Assembly: GCA_000146045.2 (NCBI GenBank) | Contig: BK006943.2 | Location: 320,001-384,000 of the forward strand | Direction: 5' to 3' | From: TPA_inf: Saccharomyces | Lineage: Eukaryota | DNA: 64,000 nucleotides | Shown: positions 1 to 10,430 of the stretch, piece by piece | Position numbering within the stretch: position 1 is the stretch's first letter | Layout: each line of letters starts with the position of its first letter | The notes under the pieces: generated by a model | What the model saw: the letters and a program-made list of their open reading frames with translations, nothing else | Databases searched by the model: none | What the model was told of the DNA's origin: nothing | Position numbers and translations under genes: made by a program

Positions 1-15
1 TCTATACTCCAAAGT

Positions 16-2157
16 ATGTCCCAATCTAGTAGGTTAAGTGCACTTCCTATTTTCCAAGCATCGCTTTCGGCAAGCCAATCTCCACGTTACATTTTTAGTT
101 CTCAGAATGGCACAAGGATTGTTTTCATTCAAGATAACATAATAAGGTGGTACAATGTACTCACTGATTCACTTTACCACAGTTTGAACTTTAGTCGTCA
201 TCTCGTCTTGGATGATACCTTCCATGTAATATCTAGTACGTCTGGTGACCTACTCTGTCTTTTCAATGACAACGAGATTTTTGTAATGGAAGTTCCTTGG
301 GGCTATTCCAACGTTGAAGACGTTTCCATTCAAGATGCATTCCAAATTTTCCACTATTCAATTGATGAAGAAGAAGTTGGTCCGAAATCGTCCATTAAGA
401 AAGTTTTGTTTCATCCAAAGAGTTATCGTGATTCTTGTATAGTGGTTTTGAAAGAGGATGACACTATCACGATGTTTGACATCCTTAATTCGCAAGAAAA
501 GCCTATCGTTTTGAACAAACCGAACAACTCCTTTGGTTTAGATGCACGTGTTAACGACATCACAGATTTAGAATTCAGTAAGGACGGATTGACGTTATAT
601 TGTCTAAACACCACAGAAGGCGGTGATATCTTTGCATTTTATCCATTTTTACCGTCAGTATTACTGTTAAATGAGAAAGATCTCAACTTGATCCTAAACA
701 AATCTTTAGTAATGTACGAGTCCCTGGATTCTACAACAGATGTTATAGTTAAAAGGAATGTTATTAAGCAGTTACAGTTTGTGTCAAAACTGCATGAAAA
801 TTGGAATTCAAGATTTGGCAAAGTCGACATACAAAAGGAATATCGTTTAGCCAAGGTTCAAGGACCATTCACGATAAACCCCTTTCCCGGCGAGCTGTAT
901 GACTATACTGCTACAAATATTGCAACCATACTAATTGATAATGGGCAAAATGAAATTGTTTGTGTCAGTTTTGATGATGGGTCTTTAATCTTACTCTTCA
1001 AAGATTTGGAAATGTCAATGTCGTGGGATGTTGACAATTACGTGTATAATAATTCTTTGGTTCTAATTGAACGAGTCAAACTACAAAGAGAAATTAAGTC
1101 TCTAATAACGTTACCTGAACAGTTGGGAAAACTTTATGTCATTTCCGATAATATTATACAACAAGTAAATTTTATGAGCTGGGCTTCTACATTGAGTAAA
1201 TGTATCAACGAATCGGATTTGAATCCACTTGCAGGATTGAAATTTGAAAGTAAACTTGAGGATATTGCCACCATAGAAAGAATTCCAAACCTAGCGTATA
1301 TCAACTGGAATGACCAATCTAATTTAGCCTTGATGTCGAATAAAACATTGACTTTTCAAAATATTTCAAGCGATATGAAACCGCAAAGCACCGCAGCTGA
1401 AACAAGTATCAGTACAGAAAAAAGTGACACGGTAGGAGATGGTTTTAAAATGAGTTTCACACAGCCCATAAATGAGATTCTTATTTTGAACGATAATTTT
1501 CAAAAAGCCTGTATTAGTCCATGTGAACGAATTATCCCATCAGCAGACCGCCAGATACCTTTAAAAAACGAAGCTAGTGAAAATCAGTTGGAAATTTTCA
1601 CGGATATTTCCAAAGAATTTTTGCAAAGAATTGTTAAAGCTCAAACTTTGGGTGTTTCTATCCACAATAGAATTCATGAGCAACAGTTCGAATTGACGCG
1701 CCAACTACAATCGACATGCAAAATAATTTCAAAGGATGATGATTTAAGGAGAAAATTCGAAGCACAAAATAAGAAATGGGATGCACAACTAAGCAGACAG
1801 TCAGAATTAATGGAGAGATTTAGTAAATTGAGCAAGAAGCTATCTCAAATCGCCGAATCCAATAAATTTAAAGAAAAGAAAATAAGCCATGGTGAGATGA
1901 AATGGTTCAAAGAGATACGAAACCAAATATTGCAATTCAACAGCTTTGTTCACTCTCAAAAATCCCTTCAACAAGATTTATCGTACTTGAAGAGTGAACT
2001 AACTCGTATCGAGGCAGAAACTATCAAAGTCGATAAAAAGAGCCAAAACGAATGGGATGAGCTACGCAAAATGCTTGAAATAGATTCAAAGATAATTAAA
2101 GAATGCAATGAAGAATTGTTACAAGTTTCTCAGGAATTTACTACTAAAACTCAATGA
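16..2157 (+). CDS. NUP82: Nucleoporin Nup82 (713 aa). N-terminal beta-propeller-like region and C-terminal coiled coil.
   Basis: ATG at 16 and an uninterrupted 713-aa ORF. Length and position upstream of BNA3 match YJL061W. C-terminal heptad-rich K/E/L segment. Confidence 0.8.
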   Translation: MSQSSRLSALPIFQASLSASQSPRYIFSSQNGTRIVFIQDNIIRWYNVLTDSLYHSLNFSRHLVLDDTFHVISSTSGDLLCLFNDNEIFVMEVPWGYSNVEDVSIQDAFQIFHYSIDEEEVGPKSSIKKVLFHPKSYRDSCIVVLKEDDTITMFDILNSQEKPIVLNKPNNSFGLDARVNDITDLEFSKDGLTLYCLNTTEGGDIFAFYPFLPSVLLLNEKDLNLILNKSLVMYESLDSTTDVIVKRNVIKQLQFVSKLHENWNSRFGKVDIQKEYRLAKVQGPFTINPFPGELYDYTATNIATILIDNGQNEIVCVSFDDGSLILLFKDLEMSMSWDVDNYVYNNSLVLIERVKLQREIKSLITLPEQLGKLYVISDNIIQQVNFMSWASTLSKCINESDLNPLAGLKFESKLEDIATIERIPNLAYINWNDQSNLALMSNKTLTFQNISSDMKPQSTAAETSISTEKSDTVGDGFKMSFTQPINEILILNDNFQKACISPCERIIPSADRQIPLKNEASENQLEIFTDISKEFLQRIVKAQTLGVSIHNRIHEQQFELTRQLQSTCKIISKDDDLRRKFEAQNKKWDAQLSRQSELMERFSKLSKKLSQIAESNKFKEKKISHGEMKWFKEIRNQILQFNSFVHSQKSLQQDLSYLKSELTRIEAETIKVDKKSQNEWDELRKMLEIDSKIIKECNEELLQVSQEFTTKTQ

Positions 2158-3385
2158 GTAAGCGACTTGCATAGTCTGCTATCATATATGTACGCTAAGA
2201 AACAACTGGGCAATGGTATAATATCATGTAGCAAGAGGACATTATATATGAATTGGTCAATATATAAAGCCTTCTGTGCACCAAATCGTTAGGATGATTT
2301 TTCAGTATGCTGTATCATTGTATCGTATATTCATTCGTATCTCTTTTACCTCACTAACCGCTGCCAAAATTTACATGTATACAAAATAAAAGTCTTTTTT
2401 ATGACCTTATTTGGTGAGTAATGCTACTTTTGTAAAGAGTGATGGAAACTATTATTCCAAAGGGTTAGAAGAAGGTGAGGAATACGTTCATATCACCGCT
2501 ACAGATCGTGTCTCTCGGTTATGAGTAATCAAACCCTCTGCAAGCAACACAGTTACTTTTTTTCGGTTTTTTCTTTTCGTGTGAATTTTTATCCAGTGAG
2601 TTTCCTTGTTCACTTTCGAGAATGGAAGGCTGATTTCGAATTTTTATATTCAACAACTGTATTTGTATTAGGCTTTGCAATAGTAGATGAAAAGTGCAGA
2701 AGACGAATCTGCTACCCTCACAATACAAAGAAAAACAAAATCGTCATTTTAATATAGGAAGACACCGCTCAGGTAATTCAATATTGAATCTGGTTGCACT
2801 TTTCTTACGATGTAAATACCCACAAACTTCTTGTACGGTGAGCGTCTGACAACGAAATCAATTTACGGAGCAAGGATTTTGACAGTAGAGCAGATTGTTT
2901 TGAGTAGGATTTAGGAATCAAGACCTCCATCTTTGTCGCATTATTCCTAAATGTAACGTAACTCGTTTGATAAGAGAATGTCTAATCGAAGAGAGTTAAT
3001 AACTTAATAAGCTCTTTAAAAGAACGATGGCATTTATCGTCTCCTATGCCAAGATAATTACTGGCTCAAAATTGTTCAGCGTTCATAAAACTTTGATATC
3101 ACTTTCTGGCGCACAAGCTAACCTTTATGTAGTTCTTACGTAGATTCTTTTTAGCAAGTGCCTGGTAGTGGTTATTACATAAATGTATCTTTTCATTTGA
3201 TAACAATTTCTTCAGTAGCATGTCGTGTCTAGCACGTGACGTAGAACTGTGGCTTTTTTGTTGTCATTATGACAATCAAGATACCAAAATTCAGTCATGT
3301 TTAAAAGGGGAAGGTACGATAGAGATATATATAAAGTGTTCAATTTACTATAATTGCGTATAGAATCCATTGTTACTTGCTCTCA

Positions 3386-4720
3386 ATGAAACAACGATTC
3401 ATTCGTCAATTTACGAACCTAATGTCTACTTCGAGACCGAAAGTTGTTGCCAACAAATATTTCACTTCTAACACTGCCAAAGATGTTTGGTCGCTAACCA
3501 ATGAAGCCGCTGCAAAAGCTGCCAATAACTCCAAAAACCAAGGCCGTGAACTTATTAATTTAGGCCAAGGCTTTTTTTCATATTCCCCTCCTCAATTCGC
3601 CATTAAGGAGGCTCAGAAAGCCCTAGACATTCCAATGGTCAATCAATATTCTCCAACTAGAGGTCGACCTTCATTAATTAATTCCTTGATTAAGTTGTAT
3701 TCTCCTATTTATAACACAGAATTGAAAGCGGAAAATGTTACCGTAACAACAGGTGCCAATGAAGGTATACTTTCTTGCTTGATGGGGCTTTTGAACGCTG
3801 GCGACGAGGTTATTGTTTTTGAACCTTTCTTTGACCAATATATTCCAAATATCGAACTTTGCGGTGGTAAAGTTGTTTACGTCCCCATAAATCCTCCAAA
3901 GGAATTGGATCAAAGGAATACTAGAGGTGAAGAATGGACCATTGACTTTGAGCAGTTCGAAAAAGCGATTACATCCAAGACAAAAGCTGTCATTATCAAT
4001 ACCCCTCACAACCCAATTGGTAAAGTTTTCACGCGCGAGGAATTAACCACTTTAGGTAACATTTGCGTCAAGCACAACGTTGTGATTATATCTGATGAAG
4101 TCTATGAACACCTTTACTTCACTGATTCTTTCACTAGAATTGCCACACTCTCTCCAGAAATTGGGCAACTAACCTTAACGGTCGGTTCTGCCGGTAAATC
4201 GTTTGCTGCTACTGGTTGGAGAATTGGTTGGGTCTTATCCTTGAACGCAGAGTTGTTAAGTTATGCAGCTAAGGCACATACAAGAATTTGTTTTGCATCT
4301 CCATCCCCTCTACAGGAAGCTTGTGCAAACTCTATTAACGACGCTTTAAAAATTGGGTATTTTGAAAAAATGAGACAGGAATATATCAACAAATTCAAAA
4401 TTTTCACATCGATCTTTGATGAATTGGGACTACCATATACAGCTCCAGAGGGTACATATTTTGTCCTCGTTGATTTCTCTAAAGTGAAAATTCCCGAGGA
4501 CTATCCCTACCCAGAGGAGATCCTGAATAAGGGAAAAGATTTTCGCATTTCTCACTGGTTGATCAATGAATTAGGTGTGGTTGCCATTCCACCAACTGAA
4601 TTCTATATCAAAGAGCACGAAAAGGCTGCTGAGAATTTGTTAAGGTTTGCAGTTTGTAAAGATGATGCTTATCTAGAAAATGCCGTAGAGAGATTAAAAC
4701 TACTCAAGGACTACTTATAA
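3386..4720 (+). CDS. BNA3: Kynurenine aminotransferase, a class I PLP-dependent aminotransferase (444 aa)
   Basis: The ORF-track start at 3377 is TTG; the first in-frame ATG is at 3386 (MKQRFIRQF...). An aminotransferase lysine motif GSAGKSFAATGWRIG is present. A TATA-like TATATATAAA lies about 50 bp upstream. Confidence 0.8.
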   Translation: MKQRFIRQFTNLMSTSRPKVVANKYFTSNTAKDVWSLTNEAAAKAANNSKNQGRELINLGQGFFSYSPPQFAIKEAQKALDIPMVNQYSPTRGRPSLINSLIKLYSPIYNTELKAENVTVTTGANEGILSCLMGLLNAGDEVIVFEPFFDQYIPNIELCGGKVVYVPINPPKELDQRNTRGEEWTIDFEQFEKAITSKTKAVIINTPHNPIGKVFTREELTTLGNICVKHNVVIISDEVYEHLYFTDSFTRIATLSPEIGQLTLTVGSAGKSFAATGWRIGWVLSLNAELLSYAAKAHTRICFASPSPLQEACANSINDALKIGYFEKMRQEYINKFKIFTSIFDELGLPYTAPEGTYFVLVDFSKVKIPEDYPYPEEILNKGKDFRISHWLINELGVVAIPPTEFYIKEHEKAAENLLRFAVCKDDAYLENAVERLKLLKDYL

Positions 4721-4963
4721 GATAAATTTTTTTTTATACTCCTTTTTCTCAATATATAGATTTTATAAAGCATGTATATTTTTATGCAGAAGTGGTAAAT
4801 ATAAACATCAATATTCCAGAATAATTCCATATTTTCTTCGCGTACTACAAGAAAAAGTGAACCCTTAATGAAAAATAGACAATATGAACATTTAGTAATG
4901 TTTTGAACAGTGTATTTATAGAGTACTTAAACACATATGAAGATATAGCGCAAGTAAATATAA

Positions 4964-6190
4964 ATGAGTGACAAATCTCATCAGATATATTGCTACTTTT
5001 GGCTCTTTGGTTTGATCAATAATGTACTTTATGTGGTAATACTTTCAGCAGCTGTTGATATCGTGGGTCCTACCTTGCCTAAATCTCTAGTATTGCTAGC
5101 AGATATATTCCCATCACTCGCCATTAAATTGTGTTCCCCATTCTTTATTGATAGAATCAAGTACAGCTATAGAATATGGTCTTTGATCACGATGAGTTGC
5201 TTAGGAATGTTCTTAGTTTCTTTTAAAAACTTGTTTGTTTGTCTTTTAGGAATATCTTTCGCATCTATATCTTCCGGATTTGGAGAAGTGACATTCCTAC
5301 AGCTAACACACTATTACAAACAAATTTCTTTGAATGGATGGTCGTCAGGTACTGGTGGTGCAGGAATCATTGGCGGAGCATCTTATATGTTCTTAACTTC
5401 AATCTTTAAAGTTCCAGTGAAGCTAACTTTACTAGTATTTAGTCTCCTTCCATTTGCATTTTTGTTTTATTTTAAATTAGAATCCAATGATACCAACCTG
5501 ACTTACCAAAGTCTTCAACAAATTGACGAAGCAGAGGATGACCAGTTGGTGCCCTTTCCTGTCGCCTTTACACATACCAACGCTTCGCAATCCCTGTATT
5601 CTACAAGACAGCACATTTTGCAAACGGTCAAGAGACTTCGAAGATTGGTTTTTCCATACATGGTTCCATTGACCACCGTCTACTTATTCGAATATTTAAT
5701 AAACCAAGCGGTAGCTCCGACCCTATTATTTCCGATTAATGGTGATGAAAGAAGTAAATCGATGCCATTTTTCTTCCATAAATACAGAGATATATACGTA
5801 ACCTATGGAACGCTCTACCAATTAGGTGTCTTTATATCAAGATCCTTTGGACATCTTATGAGAATGAGGAGTTTATACATCTTAGCGTTTTTACAAGGTG
5901 TGAATTTGTGCATAACGGTACTGCAATCATGGTTTTATGTCACACATTCGCCCTGGGCGGTGATGATATTAATATTCTATGAGGGTTTTCTTGGTGGTGC
6001 GTCATATGTTAACACATTCTTAAATATTCTCGAACAAGAGGATCCTGATGAAACAGAGTTCGCCATGGGTGCTGTGTCCATCGCTGATTCCTTTGGCGTT
6101 TTTTTGGCTGCGTTACTTGGTTTGGGGCTAGAACCCAAACTTTGTAGGCATCAAATTGCCGATGACAGACCTTGGTGTAGGATGGAATAA
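4964..6190 (+). CDS. YHC3: Battenin/CLN3 homolog, a polytopic vacuolar membrane protein (408 aa)
   Basis: ATG at 4964. Multi-TM hydrophobic profile. Length and synteny match YJL059W. Confidence 0.75.
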   Translation: MSDKSHQIYCYFWLFGLINNVLYVVILSAAVDIVGPTLPKSLVLLADIFPSLAIKLCSPFFIDRIKYSYRIWSLITMSCLGMFLVSFKNLFVCLLGISFASISSGFGEVTFLQLTHYYKQISLNGWSSGTGGAGIIGGASYMFLTSIFKVPVKLTLLVFSLLPFAFLFYFKLESNDTNLTYQSLQQIDEAEDDQLVPFPVAFTHTNASQSLYSTRQHILQTVKRLRRLVFPYMVPLTTVYLFEYLINQAVAPTLLFPINGDERSKSMPFFFHKYRDIYVTYGTLYQLGVFISRSFGHLMRMRSLYILAFLQGVNLCITVLQSWFYVTHSPWAVMILIFYEGFLGGASYVNTFLNILEQEDPDETEFAMGAVSIADSFGVFLAALLGLGLEPKLCRHQIADDRPWCRME

Positions 6191-6241
6191 AGTTTTGTTG
6201 TGATATTAAATAGGAGATTGAAATAAAGTGTTAGATGCTTT

Positions 6242-7873
6242 CTATATACTCATTCTAATGCCTGCTAATAACTCTTCGATAATTCGTTGATTTCTATCAT
6301 TACTTTGAATGGTACTCAATATGCCAAAACACTGCAGTAATGTCAATTTATCTGTTTCTGTGACATTACTTTCTTCTTCTTGATTGAAAATGTAAAGTTG
6401 AAAACTTTTGCTGATACCATCGTTACTATTTACGAAGTTTTCATAACAAGGTAAGACTATTGAATCTCTAAAGCACATAAGCAAAAGAAACCCAATAGAA
6501 TAATTACCATTAATGTGAGTCCGACTTTCATTGCCTGACTTTAAAACCGTAGAATTACCATCTTCTCTGATACTCTGATCCAACGGTAATAACACAGCGG
6601 CTAAATCATAATATACCTCTTGATAAAATATCCGCCATATAACGCCTAATCTTTTCAATGCGTTATTTATTGTGTCTTCATTAGAATAGTTAAAAACAAT
6701 TTGGTTTTCTAAATTGTATAGGGAACTAACCAAAAATTCTTTCAAATCGCTGATAATTCTATTCATGCCGCTATGTGTGACTCTTGGATCTGTTTTTAAA
6801 ATGCAATAGAATTCTAAAACTTCGTTAAAATTTTCTATTTTGGCCCTGAGTTTCCATATTCTTTGAGTTCTGAATAATTCTGCTACGTTACTACAAAATA
6901 TATTCCAAATATTATTTGTTAGGGTTGTCAGTTCTTGGGAGTTGAAGTGTTTATAGTTAGCTTCCAGAGATGGTAAATTTCTTAAAAGGTCGTGTAACAT
7001 TGAGACCGGATTCGGTGAGGCAGGATCAGTTCCAGAAAGCGGATCCTCAACGATTGTGTTGGGATTGACACCAGATGGATTAACATTCAATGAGTACACA
7101 GAAGTTCCTGAGTCCACAAGTTGCCCCGCATTAGTATGAATAAATTGTGACGGAGATTTATGTCTTCCGTAAGAGGAATGCAGAAATTTACTCAAGGAAT
7201 TTGGAATTGCAGGCTCGATAGCATCTTGACCAATGTGCCTGTGGCTTTTATTTTGGAAAAAGTTCTTAATCACGTTTCGAAATGAATGTGAACTATTATG
7301 TAAGGTGCTTGAATCTGTCAAAAAGGAGGCAGGATCCGATGAAATGGTCGTATGTGCTCTGTTTCTCCTATTAAAAAAGCCAGAAGCCTTTCCTTTCATA
7401 TACCTGCCGGAGGGCGTGGAGTGTAAACTTTTCTGAGTAATGGATATTGCATCAGAAGATAACTTTTTAGATAGATTGTTCGAGCACTCCACCGTGTCAA
7501 CGCTATGAGATTCCCCTATCTGAGAAGAACCAGATTTAGATGTTGCAGCTGAGGCATTGTCATTGCTCCTCAAGGAATGATTTGAGGCCACACTGACCTT
7601 CGATCGAGGATGATCTACTGTATGGAATATGGATTGGAAGCCAACGTTAGAAACACTAGGGCTAATGGGGTTCCTCGAGCCCTTCAAATTCTTGATGGAA
7701 TAAACGTCATCATTTGATGTGTCTACAAGAGTTTGCCGGCTAATCTCGCTTGTAGTCTGAAAATTTTTTACTGGGGCTGTGGCTAATTGCACATTAAGGT
7801 ATTGTTCGCTATTGACAGGGCGTTGTGTCGTAGTAGATGTTCTTTCTCGAAGGAGTATATCTTCTGCTGTCAT
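6242..7873 (-). CDS. BIT61: TORC2 subunit Bit61 (543 aa), Ser/Asn-rich
   Basis: CAT (ATG on the minus strand) at 7871-7873. 543-aa ORF. Synteny places it as YJL058C. Confidence 0.7.
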   Translation of the reverse strand: MTAEDILLRERTSTTTQRPVNSEQYLNVQLATAPVKNFQTTSEISRQTLVDTSNDDVYSIKNLKGSRNPISPSVSNVGFQSIFHTVDHPRSKVSVASNHSLRSNDNASAATSKSGSSQIGESHSVDTVECSNNLSKKLSSDAISITQKSLHSTPSGRYMKGKASGFFNRRNRAHTTISSDPASFLTDSSTLHNSSHSFRNVIKNFFQNKSHRHIGQDAIEPAIPNSLSKFLHSSYGRHKSPSQFIHTNAGQLVDSGTSVYSLNVNPSGVNPNTIVEDPLSGTDPASPNPVSMLHDLLRNLPSLEANYKHFNSQELTTLTNNIWNIFCSNVAELFRTQRIWKLRAKIENFNEVLEFYCILKTDPRVTHSGMNRIISDLKEFLVSSLYNLENQIVFNYSNEDTINNALKRLGVIWRIFYQEVYYDLAAVLLPLDQSIREDGNSTVLKSGNESRTHINGNYSIGFLLLMCFRDSIVLPCYENFVNSNDGISKSFQLYIFNQEEESNVTETDKLTLLQCFGILSTIQSNDRNQRIIEELLAGIRMSI

Positions 7874-8117
7874 AATGAAAGAACTTTATTTCTACAGAGG
7901 TCAATTGGCGTTTCTGTCACCTAGATCTTTTCATTTGGTTATTCCCTCTATAAATTTACTCATCGGTCAATTTTTCTAACATTATGCACCTTTGTCACCG
8001 GCCCTTAGAAGAGGTGAAGATGATTCGTGAACATTGGTGATAAGCGAGAATATTTTCTATAAATTTGTAAAGTAAAAATAAATTACGTGCTATTTAGTTT
8101 GCAATGTGTACTTATTG

Positions 8118-10121
8118 TTAGTATATGTATTTTTTGCATGCGGCGATGAAGGCCAGTAAAACCAACGCTCTTGCATGCTTACCTCTTTCATCAGCTGGTG
8201 ATTTAAAAACCATTCCCAACAATATCAGTGACATATAAGAGAGCCACGACCCCGTTTTGGTACACTTAAATATGATTATCGTTAATATCATAGAAACTAG
8301 TTTGTAACAAACCTGGATTGTTCTATTTAAAGCAGAATACTTTTGGAGGTTTTGGGTTGATACGGTGCTCAAATTTTCCTCTGGTGCTGGTAATGATAAA
8401 GTAACGTTGTCTCCGTCAATATAATCATCAGTAAAACTGTTGGTATTCTCATTCACTTCCGAGATTGTACTGAAGTTCAAAGTGCTATCCACATTTTCTT
8501 TCCAGAATTTTTTGCCGGGTTTGGAATTTATTAGCATTTCATCTAACGTCTCCTCCACTGTCTTCGCTGTGGGTCTAGCATCATTATTTGGTTGTAAAAG
8601 AGCGTCCATTAGGTGAAATATTCTACGGTCTATTGGTTTCAATTTCATCGCTTGATGCTTTTCAATCATACCTTCAGTGTCGAACCTAAAATTTTTGATG
8701 CGTACCTTCAAATCAACTATATCCAACTGTGGTTCAAAGGGCAATTCACCGAAGACAATAAAATAGCAAATCATTCCTAGAGAATACATATCGGAAGCAA
8801 AGGTGTATTCATTGTATGTGTGACTCGATCTTGAAGGCAACGTAGAAGAAGAAACTGGTCTCCCCTGGATAATAAGGTCTGGTGCTGTAAACTCTAATGT
8901 TCCTGTGCAACCAGTACCCAATCTGGACTCTCCTTCCAACTGACTTTCCCCCAAATCGCCAATAACAATTGATGGGAAAAACTCATCTGAATTGTGTTCC
9001 CTGTCGTATACGTTGTCATTCTCATTGTCACTTTTAAATGGAGTCAATAATAAACAGTTGGATGGTTTCAAGTCCCTATGTATTAGGCCAATACTGTGCA
9101 GTTCGTGTAAACCTCTTGCAATATCCCTTATAATGGATACGAGCTGTTCCGTAGATAGGCCAACTTCTCCTGATTTACCGTGATTTTTCTTGCGAGTTCT
9201 AAATTTTTTTTTCCTCTCTTCAGGTGATTCGGTATCTGAGAACCTATTGAACACTTTTCTTAGAATACAGTCTTCTAAATTGCCGCCACTGCAATACTGT
9301 TGTAAAATGAAAATACAAGGAACTTCTTCTTGTGAATCCGATTGGCTCCCATCAATGGATCTGACAAATCCAACCGAAGAATCCATTTCGAGCCACACAT
9401 GATTATACGTAATCAAATTGGCACTTTTGTGAGTTAGCGAACTCAACGCTTTCACTTCCCGTATGCACTTATTAAACCATTCCATATCATTTCCAATAGG
9501 TATTTTTTTTAGTGCAAAAACACCTAATTCAGTATTACCAATTGTGTGTACAACTTTGTAAACAGAACCTCTTGCACCATTTCCCAGCAAAGACAATATT
9601 TTGAAAAATTTACGAAAGTATCCGGGGATAAACAAATCATCTGGAATAAAGTATTTGTTTTTGCTGAACTGTCCCTGCTTATTGTTACTATCGTTTTGTA
9701 GGGCGTAGTGCCGATGATTTCTTTCCAATGACTGAAAATATCTTCTTGAAAAGCTTGAATTGGCAAATTCAAATCCAAGTGGCACAGTGTTCTCTGGAAT
9801 ACTGAGCCTACTGCTTTCTGATTCTACTCCAGCAGAGGCTCGACGATGAAGTTGTCTTCTGTTTATAATATCAGGGTTAATTTCCGTACCACATTGCGGG
9901 CACACATAGGAAGCAATAGGGCTTTTGTATTGATGAATCCCTGAAGGAAAGTCCAGTGCTGATAAAGATGCAGTCTGGTCTTCATTTAGTTCAGAGTCAT
10001 TATTACTGTTGTCCTGTTGGAAAAATGATAAAGTTCCTGAGGTTGGATTAACAACCACCACTGATTTAGAATTAGGATCATCTAAAATCAGCGAACCTTC
10101 TTCATATGGTACTAAACTCAT
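8118..10121 (-). CDS. IKS1: Ser/Thr protein kinase Iks1 (667 aa)
   Basis: Kinase catalytic-loop motif HRDLKPSN, and GxGxxG-like [12 protein letters not shown] with VAIK-like FALKKI. Start codon at 10119-10121 (minus strand). Confidence 0.75.
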
Positions 10122-10430
10122 TTCTAAGTTCTACTTATGCTATCCCTCAAACTATATATCTAATAGTGTTTCTTCGGTTACCTAGTTGTCACTCATAGGA
10201 TCTATATATACAATGTCCTTCCCCCCCACCCCCTTTTCTGAAACGTATACAAAAAATAAAGCTTGAAATACGTTATTACGTAAAAAAAGTGTACTGTAAA
10301 AGCTTACAAAAAAGAGTTTGCGAAAAATTATAAATAAAAAGTAGTCTAGGTAAAATATGAAATGTTTCTAATTATGCATTTATGTGATCCTGAAAACCGC
10401 CCTTCTTACGTTGGACCATGATGATCACAT

